64,000 nt of DNA from Candidatus Borrarchaeum weybense (GTDB lineage: Archaea > Asgardarchaeota > Sifarchaeia > Borrarchaeales > Borrarchaeaceae): positions 1,044,727-1,108,726 of the forward strand of contig JAHQJS010000004.1 in NCBI GenBank assembly GCA_019057385.1, written 5' to 3'. Position 1 is the first letter of the stretch, and each line of letters begins with the position of its first letter. Positions 27,272 to 34,638 of this stretch are shown here, one piece after another. The notes under the pieces are model-generated. The model worked only from the letters and a program-made list of their open reading frames with translations, was not told the DNA's origin and did not search any database. A program made the translations under genes and the position numbers.

Positions 27272-28135
27272 TTAAATGGGAATTCCAAGCCAAGCAAAGA
27301 CCCCAATCAATCGTAAGCCTACATAGATATATAGGATTGCAAGTAAAATTTTGAGTTGCTTTGGCTGTATCCTATGAGTCATTGAGGCACCTAATTGGGC
27401 AGTTATAACACTGGTAGATGCGAGGGTTAAAAATGCAATTAAGTTAAACCAGCCGAAGCTATACGGAGGATATGCTGCAGTCTGTTGTAGAGATCCTAAA
27501 ATGCCAAAAGATACGGCACCCACAGAAGAGCCTATCACCATAGTACTTATCGAAATAAGGACTGCCGTATGTATGGGAATCTCAAGTAACGTATTTAGTA
27601 CCGGCATATAAACAAGGCCACCTCCAATGCCCATGAAATGGGCGACACCTCCAGATCCGAGTCCCCCTGCAACATATTTTTCTTTGTTTAACTCTTTTAA
27701 TTCCGCAACCTGTTTTGGTCTAGCCGTCATAAATCGATATGCCCCTATTATACATGCAATTCCGAAGAGTATTTTTAAAAGATAACCTGGGGCGAAGTAT
27801 GCTCCAACACTTCCAATAACAGATCCAATCCCGACAGGGATTGCATAGTATAAGTAATGTTGTTTCGGAAATGAAATTTTTTTGCTATGTTTCCAAGCAC
27901 CACTAAATGCTGTCGGCACTACTACTGCCATATTGGTTCCAAATGCGATTTTTACTGCAATATCAAGAGGCACGCCCATAAGTTCATTAAAACAAAAGAT
28001 CATCACAGGCACCATAATAAAACAGCCACCAACTCCAAAAAAAGCGCTTACAAATCCAACTAAAGCGCCAGCGATAAGTAAAAACGCAATAATTTCCGGT
28101 GTAAAAATTGCTGCCATATTTCTCACCAAATTCAA
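27272..28135 (-). CDS. TauE/SafE (DUF81) sulfite exporter-family membrane protein
   Basis: FGVGGCFIMVP and MGIGGGLVYMP repeats, AFGTN; likely start ATG 28117. Confidence 0.9.
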   Translation of the reverse strand: MNLVRNMAAIFTPEIIAFLLIAGALVGFVSAFFGVGGCFIMVPVMIFCFNELMGVPLDIAVKIAFGTNMAVVVPTAFSGAWKHSKKISFPKQHYLYYAIPVGIGSVIGSVGAYFAPGYLLKILFGIACIIGAYRFMTARPKQVAELKELNKEKYVAGGLGSGGVAHFMGIGGGLVYMPVLNTLLEIPIHTAVLISISTMVIGSSVGAVSFGILGSLQQTAAYPPYSFGWFNLIAFLTLASTSVITAQLGASMTHRIQPKQLKILLAILYIYVGLRLIGVFAWLGIPI

Positions 28136-28260
28136 CTTTTAATCCGATGGGAAGATTTTCAAATAGATTAGTATATCGAAATATATGCATTTAACAGTTA
28201 CAATACTAATATAATTATATGTTTTCGGTTACAGATTGTAATATGTCTAACAATGGCAAA

Positions 28261-28824
28261 TCACTTTCGATGTTGTAACCTTTTTATCATCATTATCATG
28301 GATTTTGCTAGATATCTTGCACTTTTGATAGCGTGAATATCACTCGTGATCTCTCCTTTGCTAAATGCGAACCCTACGACACCTCTGTAGCTTACAGTGA
28401 TTTCATGTTTTAGAAAAAAAGAGTGGATAGCTTGAATTGCAGTTTCGTGTCCAAATCGTCTTCCTACAACAACACACCCGCCTACTTTTCCCTTTAGTTT
28501 TCTTCGCATGCACCACGTTCTATCTATAAATATTTTAGTCTGTGCTGTTACGTTGTTAAAATAGACGGGGGAAGCTATCAGAATCCCATCAGACGCAAGC
28601 AGTTTTGGATAGATTTCTTCCATTTCATCCTTAATAGCACATTTTCCATTTTCTACACATATCCAACAACTATCACACGGATGGATTTTAAATTCTGACA
28701 ATCTAATAAGATCAACATTGGCTCCAAGTTTTTCTGCAGTTTTTAAAAATACATCAACTAAGTATTCTGTATTTCCTTCCTTTCTTGGGCTTCCAGAAAT
28801 TGCTAGAATTTGCAAATATGTCAC
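28261..28824 (-). CDS. Iron-sulfur flavoprotein (flavodoxin-fold, Isf-like)
   Basis: SGSPRKEGNT, CDSCWICVENGKC, ASPVYF. Confidence 0.9.
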   Translation of the reverse strand: MTYLQILAISGSPRKEGNTEYLVDVFLKTAEKLGANVDLIRLSEFKIHPCDSCWICVENGKCAIKDEMEEIYPKLLASDGILIASPVYFNNVTAQTKIFIDRTWCMRRKLKGKVGGCVVVGRRFGHETAIQAIHSFFLKHEITVSYRGVVGFAFSKGEITSDIHAIKSARYLAKSMIMMIKRLQHRK

Positions 28825-28868
28825 CTAAAGCTTTCTAACATGTTAAGTAGTTGTAAGGCACAATATTG

Positions 28869-29633
28869 TTATTCCCTTTCTAAAGTTCTTTTTTGTGCTG
28901 CTAATGCTGCTACAAAAAGAAAGATAGTAAAACATAGAAGAATCACTACATTTATAGTCCAGTTATGTCCTACGTACCCCTCAAATGCACATCTATTTAA
29001 GTTGTGCGTATAGGTAAGTGGTGAAAGTGCTGCAATTATTTGTCCCCAGACCGGTAACTGTTCAAGAGGGATAAAAACCCCACTGATGAAGATGAGGGGC
29101 AAGCGTACTAAATTTGCTAAAGTCATAATTTCAGATGGCGTATCTGTAGGAAGGGCTGAGAATAGAGTACCAAGTGAAGCAAAACAAAATGCAGACAAAG
29201 GTATGCTGATTATCAAAGCATTTACGCTGATTATACTCGCTCCAAATAAAAGAACTCCGAGAATTATGGGAATTATTACTAAAAATGTGCCAAATAATAA
29301 GCCCGATAAAATATCGCCGATGAGGACCGAATGCAACGAAATCGGCGTAGAAATCAATCGTTCAAAGGTTTTCGTTCGTCGTTCCCATGGCGCTATGACC
29401 GGTGTCACAGAAGAGGATGTAAAGAATATCGTAAGAGAGATCATACCAGGAACAAGAGCTTGTGGCGGGAGGTTTCTTCCTACGGAAAATGCAAGAAATA
29501 GGAAAAATGGGAAAAGAATTCCAAAAATAAGAACCGGGCCTTTTAAATAATATATGCGTACATCCTTTTTAGCTATGGCGTATATCCCTTGCAATTCTCT
29601 TCTAAGATCAACTTTCATAAACTTTGCCTTCAT
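28869..29633 (-). CDS. ABC-2 exporter permease
   Basis: WERRTKTFERLISTP, FISGVFIP, LSPLTY. Confidence 0.9.
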   Translation of the reverse strand: MKAKFMKVDLRRELQGIYAIAKKDVRIYYLKGPVLIFGILFPFFLFLAFSVGRNLPPQALVPGMISLTIFFTSSSVTPVIAPWERRTKTFERLISTPISLHSVLIGDILSGLLFGTFLVIIPIILGVLLFGASIISVNALIISIPLSAFCFASLGTLFSALPTDTPSEIMTLANLVRLPLIFISGVFIPLEQLPVWGQIIAALSPLTYTHNLNRCAFEGYVGHNWTINVVILLCFTIFLFVAALAAQKRTLERE

Positions 29634-30568
29634 TTACGATTTGTTTTAGAGGTAAACCTAACAAAAACATCTTCCAATGAAGGTGCGAGCGTGTTTATCG
29701 TAATAAATTGGAGATTATTGCTAGTTGCATATGAATGGAGTTCACGAAGCACTGGGTCTATCTTGGAGGTATATAACCTGAATTTATCGCCAAGCTTTCT
29801 TACTTCGATAACACCCTTAATTGTTTCTAGATCTACTTTCATGTGATTAGAAGACTTGTTAAACGCTACTTCGATAGACTGGGCACTTTGGATTGCTTTC
29901 TTTAAGTGCTCTGGCTTATCTATAGCAATTATTTTTCCATGGTTTATTATAGCTACTCTGTCACACAATTGATTCGCTTCTTCGATGTTATGAGTCGTTA
30001 AAAAAACTGTTGTTCCCTTTTTATTAAACTCTCGAATCAAGTCTCTTATAATACGTGTACTATGAACATCTAGTCCAGATGTTGGCTCGTCAAGAAAAAG
30101 AATTTTAGGGTCGTTTAGCAGCGCCATAGCTAGTATTACACGGCGTTTTAGACCTTTAGACAATGCCTTAAATTTTGTGTGGATCTTCTCGGATAGCTCT
30201 AGTAATTCTAAGAAATTTTGCGCCTTCGATTCTCTTACAGCCTTAGGAACACCGTAGAGTTCTCCCATTAACATCAAATTGTCCCATGTCGAGAGTTCTA
30301 CATATCCATTTGAAATCTCTGGCACGATACCCATAAGTTCCTTAGCAGAAGCTGTTTCTTTTTGAATGTCATATCCGTAGATCCGCGCGGAGCCTTCACT
30401 GGGCTTTGAAATTCCGATCAGCATTTTCACAGTTGTCGTTTTTCCTGCGCCATTTGGTCCAAGAAATCCAAATATTTCTCCTTGTTCAACTTCAAAATTG
30501 ATATGATCCACCGCTAGGAGCTCGCCATAATATTTTGTAAATTGTTCTACTTCAATAGCTATACTCAA
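29630..30568 (-). CDS. ABC exporter ATP-binding subunit (DrrA-like)
   Basis: GPNGAGKTT, LSKG, LFLDEPTSGLD, TTHNIEEA. Confidence 0.93.
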   Translation of the reverse strand: MSIAIEVEQFTKYYGELLAVDHINFEVEQGEIFGFLGPNGAGKTTTVKMLIGISKPSEGSARIYGYDIQKETASAKELMGIVPEISNGYVELSTWDNLMLMGELYGVPKAVRESKAQNFLELLELSEKIHTKFKALSKGLKRRVILAMALLNDPKILFLDEPTSGLDVHSTRIIRDLIREFNKKGTTVFLTTHNIEEANQLCDRVAIINHGKIIAIDKPEHLKKAIQSAQSIEVAFNKSSNHMKVDLETIKGVIEVRKLGDKFRLYTSKIDPVLRELHSYATSNNLQFITINTLAPSLEDVFVRFTSKTNRK

Positions 30569-30694
30569 AGAAAGATACCCCCAAAAATCTGATTGTTACT
30601 CTGCGATATATAAATCTCATAGAAAGAGGTACGGAATGAACTTTCCAAAGATAAAGTAACATAAAAAAAGAAAGTAACGCTTAGAGTGCTTTAA

Positions 30695-30739
30695 CTTTAT
30701 CGGCGGGAAGTCTCCTTCCGTCAGAGTGGGGTAGTTCAC
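30695..30739 (+). mobile_element. 45-bp IS200/IS605-derived palindromic mini-element (PATE-like)
   Basis: Follows TTTAA (30690-30694); ctttatcggcgggaagtctccttccgtcagagtggggtagTTCAC ends like a tnpB-element right end. Confidence 0.65.
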
Positions 30740-30852
30740 TGAATAATTAATACCTTAAAATTAAGTTGATTTGTAGCCACTTAAGAGTATAGATGAACTT
30801 GATGGATGACAAGGAAGTTAAAGGATAAAATTAAAAAACAAAAGAAATCTTT

Positions 30853-31482
30853 CTAAGGTGAATCGTTCCTAGGTTCTTTTTCTTCTTCTTTTTCTTCTTC
30901 TAAACAGAAATCAAGGCTTCCCTTATAAGCTGATGTAGCAGGGCATCCTAAACAATGCTCCAATTCATATTCTTCACATTCATAGCAGTTAAGATCACAG
31001 GGTGTCACACCATTGTGTTTCAATTTAAAGTTTACAGGGAAATATGGGGGGCTGACTAACCGACCAACACTGAGAACACTAACATTTCGAATACCATGAG
31101 GCGAACGAAGAATGCATGTACGGAGTATAGTTTCAAGTTGATGTTTATCCTCTGCAAATACCGTCGCAATGAGATCAAATTGCCCTAAGACTGTACTCAT
31201 TTGAATTATCCGCGGACATTCCTTGAACCGATTTATTAGTTCCCGGGTGCTTGCAGCACCATCTGTTTGAATCAGAAGATATACAACTTCTATATTAAGT
31301 TCCAAAATGTTGATTAGCACGCCCATTTTTATTATATTATTTTCACAAAGATTGACAAGCCTATTTCTGATTGCTACATGAGATAAATCAAGCTTCCTAC
31401 CTATCTCTGATAAAGTTGTGCGTGCATCCTTTCCAAGCCAGCCTATAATCTGTTGATCTATCCCGTCTATTTTTTGATCCAT
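30853..31482 (-). CDS. Lrp/AsnC-family regulator with C-terminal Cys cluster
   Basis: DARTTLSEIGRKL HTH, RAM domain, PCDLNCYECEEYELEHCLGCP. Confidence 0.88.
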   Translation of the reverse strand: MDQKIDGIDQQIIGWLGKDARTTLSEIGRKLDLSHVAIRNRLVNLCENNIIKMGVLINILELNIEVVYLLIQTDGAASTRELINRFKECPRIIQMSTVLGQFDLIATVFAEDKHQLETILRTCILRSPHGIRNVSVLSVGRLVSPPYFPVNFKLKHNGVTPCDLNCYECEEYELEHCLGCPATSAYKGSLDFCLEEEKEEEKEPRNDSP

Positions 31483-31607
31483 GAGCCAGAAGCCCCCGTG
31501 TGTTTATTTCAAATTGAAAGTTTCAAAATGGAATGAATGAAGTTGTTGTTATTACACAATGAATCGTTTGCCCTAAAAAAGTTATCTTTTTGAAACTTTA
31601 TATTTTT

Positions 31608-31648
31608 GTAACAAAAAAAGTTGATTGTCGTAACAAAAGAAGTTGATT
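31608..31648. repeat. 19-bp direct repeat x2 (period 22), candidate Lrp-binding sites
   Basis: gtaacaaaa(a/g)aagttgatt at 31608 and 31630. Confidence 0.6.
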
Positions 31649-32079
31649 TAAATCTAAATTAATTTTTTAATTTTTTTGAATGTCATTGTACTGACCTCTG
31701 TGTATTTATCTGCTTTTTAGGATTTAAATTCAACTTTTGTGTGAATGACTATTGCATAGAGAGAAGGATTGGTTGAAAGTAATGTTGAAAAAGACTCTCT
31801 GGCAATGGTCTCGAAGGATCGCCATTCTTTTAATGATGTTGTTTTCTTCCTGTGAATTTCTACTGTGAAATATTTAGTAATTCCTAAATTCAATTTGTAA
31901 CCAAAATCTTAAATATAAGATATTTTTTTTAAGTATAATCGCTTAATTAGTTACAATTTTATAATAGTAACTTCTTCACTTTGTAAGTCACATAATAAAA
32001 TGGACGCTATACGCACCCGGATCCTTCAGATACCGTCTATTTTCACATCTATCACAATATTGGCATAGAGGGACGAAAA

Positions 32080-32286
32080 ACGCATACGATCGCTTACGTA
32101 GATATAGAACGCTGTATTGGTTGTAAACAATGTGAGAAATATTGCCCTGTTGGCGCTATAAGGGTAGTTGGAAAGAAGGCGTATGTTAATTGGATGCAAT
32201 GTATTGGCTGCGGACTTTGTGCTAATAACTGTCCCCAGAAGGCAATAATTCCGATGTTACGTTATATTCCTGCCTATACGCGGTGA
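32080..32286 (+). CDS. 2x[4Fe-4S] ferredoxin missing from the ORF track; probable ACG start
   Basis: HTIAYVDIERCIGCKQCEKYCPVGAIRVVGKKAYVNWMQCIGCGLCANNCPQKAI; no in-frame ATG/GTG/TTG between the upstream stop and the first Cys motif; GAGGGA 6 nt before ACG. Confidence 0.8.
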   Translation, partial: THTIAYVDIERCIGCKQCEKYCPVGAIRVVGKKAYVNWMQCIGCGLCANNCPQKAIIPMLRYIPAYTR

Positions 32287-32344
32287 TAGGATAAAGGGAT
32301 GATTCTACAAAGTCTAATCCTATTACATTAACGGAGTTGATAAC

Positions 32345-33262
32345 TTGATTAAAGACCTAGAAGAGATATTCAGAGTCCTTGAAACACAGAAAAAATCAAA
32401 AATTGTGTGGACACTTTTCGAAAAAGGAGAACAGGATCTCTGCGCATTAATGGAATTGATTGATTATCCCTCCAGATACAAATCGAAATTTGTATCCCGA
32501 TATATCTTAAAACTTCAAGATTTGGGTTATATTGACCGCAATAACGAACATTATGCTCTCACTCCTCACGGAACCTTATTTCTTGATACTTTAGGTGATC
32601 TTGCCAACTCCAACTTAAAAATGTCTAACAAAGTTCGACTCCTCAAATTGCTAAGAAGACCAAAAACAATGGAACAGTTGTATGACACCTTATCAATTTC
32701 ACGAATGCAATGTCATCAACTTATGAAATGCCTTATGAAAAGGGGTTTTGTTAAAACAGAAGCACAAAGATACAGAATATGCCCCCCAATCCGGCTAAAG
32801 GAGCTGAAAAATATCCCCTTTTACTACTGGAAACTTCTTAAAATCCTTCTGACTAAAGAAAGTTGTAGTGCTCAAGAACTCGCAACTGCTACTGGATTAG
32901 CATTAAAAGGCGTTCAAACACGCTTATCAGAATTAAAACGAATGGGTATTGTAGAGTCCACAGGTCCAGATCCTCTTCCGCAAGGAAATTTCTTCAAGTT
33001 TTACCGACTTACGGCTAAGGGTAACGAGATTTTGAAGAAAATAGATGAATTTGAAAGGCAGTTTAGTTTGGTTGACTTGATTTTTCAACTTCTCTCTAAG
33101 GAACAACGACTAACGGAAAGGGAACTGTGGAGAACTATTTCGAGAAAAATGAACCACCCAGCGAACACTTTTGATGTTAGACATGCGATTAACTTTCTAA
33201 AGAAGATTGGCGTTTTAGATGGCGACATCGTGAATGGCTACGTCTGGCATGAGTTGTCTTAG
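32345..33262 (+). CDS. Protein of tandem winged-helix domains (probable regulator)
   Basis: Repeated wHTH-like motifs: KLQDLGYI..YALTPHG, LMKRGFV, RLSELKRMGIV..YRLTAKG, FLKKIGVL. Confidence 0.7.
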   Translation: MIKDLEEIFRVLETQKKSKIVWTLFEKGEQDLCALMELIDYPSRYKSKFVSRYILKLQDLGYIDRNNEHYALTPHGTLFLDTLGDLANSNLKMSNKVRLLKLLRRPKTMEQLYDTLSISRMQCHQLMKCLMKRGFVKTEAQRYRICPPIRLKELKNIPFYYWKLLKILLTKESCSAQELATATGLALKGVQTRLSELKRMGIVESTGPDPLPQGNFFKFYRLTAKGNEILKKIDEFERQFSLVDLIFQLLSKEQRLTERELWRTISRKMNHPANTFDVRHAINFLKKIGVLDGDIVNGYVWHELS

Positions 33263-33357
33263 GAAATAACGCAGTTATTTGTTTATCTCATGTTATCTTT
33301 TTTTGGATCTCTGACTCAGATAAACTGCATTTTCCGTAATGTTTATAAACGATATCT

Positions 33358-33380
33358 ATATATCGCTATGAAACGATAAA
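33358..33380. promoter_or_regulatory. Operator ATATATCG-N8-CGATAAA
   Basis: Same half-sites and spacing as 26838-26863; lies between TTTATAAA (33342-33349) and the ATG. Confidence 0.7.
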
Positions 33381-33393
33381 CAGGTGTCATAAA

Positions 33394-33813
33394 ATGGCAG
33401 GAAATGAACAGAAGGTAGGAATCATTTCGTGCACTGGCGTTTCGAGTGATAGTCAATGTTCAAAGGAAGGTTTGATTGCACGACAGGCAATGTACAAAGT
33501 ACTCGAAGATCTCAGACCTGACAAAACTTTACTTGTCTGTTTACCAGCTCTTGCAGCAGAAGTTGAAGAAGATGTGATTTTTGTGAGAGATTCTCCGACC
33601 ATAGTTATTGAGGGTTGCCCAGACGATTGCTCAACGAAAGTACTCGGACAATTTGAAACAAAGCAAATATACTCAACGTATTATGTCAAAGATTTCATAC
33701 AAGATATTGAATTCTCAGACTCACTAATCGACTTATCTCCCGAGGAAGACTCCGTTTCAGAACGTATAGCAGAAAAAATTGCGCAAGATGTTGATAAAAT
33801 CTTGCAAGGATGA
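33394..33813 (+). CDS. DGC-domain protein, type B (second pair)
   Basis: KVGIISCTG...EG, CLPALAA, EGCPDDC. Confidence 0.82.
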   Translation: MAGNEQKVGIISCTGVSSDSQCSKEGLIARQAMYKVLEDLRPDKTLLVCLPALAAEVEEDVIFVRDSPTIVIEGCPDDCSTKVLGQFETKQIYSTYYVKDFIQDIEFSDSLIDLSPEEDSVSERIAEKIAQDVDKILQG

Positions 33814-33825
33814 AGGTGACTTAAC

Positions 33826-34221
33826 ATGGGACACAAAATTATGGTAGCACCCTGCACAGGCATGGGAAAGGTATTGGCGACGGTAGCACGTGTTGGCGCG
33901 TTGTTGGCAACAGATGAGGGTAAAAGTGATGATCTTGAACTGATCTGTACACCATGCGTTGCAGCTGGACTTCAAAAAGAGATTGAGCGAATAAAGGGGG
34001 CAGATATGATTATAATCGACGGTTGCATAGACGAATGTTGTCGCAAAATCTTCGAAGAAAATGGTGCAAAAATCGTGGCAGACATAAAAGTATGGGAAGT
34101 TCTTCGCGAGAATAAGGACTTAAAACCAGAGTCAAGGGTAAAATTAGGTCCAAAGGGCATGGCGCTTGCAAAGAAAGTTGCAGAGAAAGTCAAAGAAGAA
34201 ATAATTAAGTTAAAAAGTTAA
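33826..34221 (+). CDS. DGC-domain protein, type A (second pair)
   Basis: PCTGMGK..ATVAR, CTPC, IDGCIDECC. Confidence 0.85.
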   Translation: MGHKIMVAPCTGMGKVLATVARVGALLATDEGKSDDLELICTPCVAAGLQKEIERIKGADMIIIDGCIDECCRKIFEENGAKIVADIKVWEVLRENKDLKPESRVKLGPKGMALAKKVAEKVKEEIIKLKS

Positions 34222-34638
34222 ATTGCTCCTTTATTTTCCCTTAGAATAACTAACAGGTCTCTATTTTTTTCACTAAATAATATTTCTCGATTTTTTTTGG
34301 ATTTTAATTTGATTTCCAGTTATAATTGTCTATAGTCTTTCATAAGATGTTTAACTCAAGATTTCAAGTTATGCTAAGACGCAGGCAATCTCAAAAAGAT
34401 ATTACGGAAAGGGTTTAATTTATAAGAAGAAGATAGCTTAAGCACTACAAAATAAGCACATTTCGATTCGAGATGGAAAACAAATTCAACCGAGTGAACA
34501 ATAATGATAAATCCGTTTTGTACTTATGTGCTTAACAATACAAATAAATAGCCAGAGGCTATGCCATTAAATACGAAACGGTAATTCTCATATATTTAGT
34601 TCTTGTTGAAAGGAGAAGATAGAAAAGGAGGAAAATGA

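Noticed and set aside
18040-29550. Long antisense ORFs in the track (e.g. 18040-18600, 20364-20963, 23906-24346, 29086-29550)
   Set aside because: They overlap well-supported genes on the opposite strand and show no motifs; treated as shadow ORFs.
31770-31870. Short ORFs resembling a lipoprotein signal (+) or an Lrp fragment (-)
   Set aside because: Very short, no convincing continuation; compatible with chance.
23382-34221. Selenocysteine (UGA) recoding in thioredoxin, DGC or permease genes
   Set aside because: Redox motifs are encoded as Cys in uninterrupted ORFs; I saw no in-frame TGA at a Cys position.
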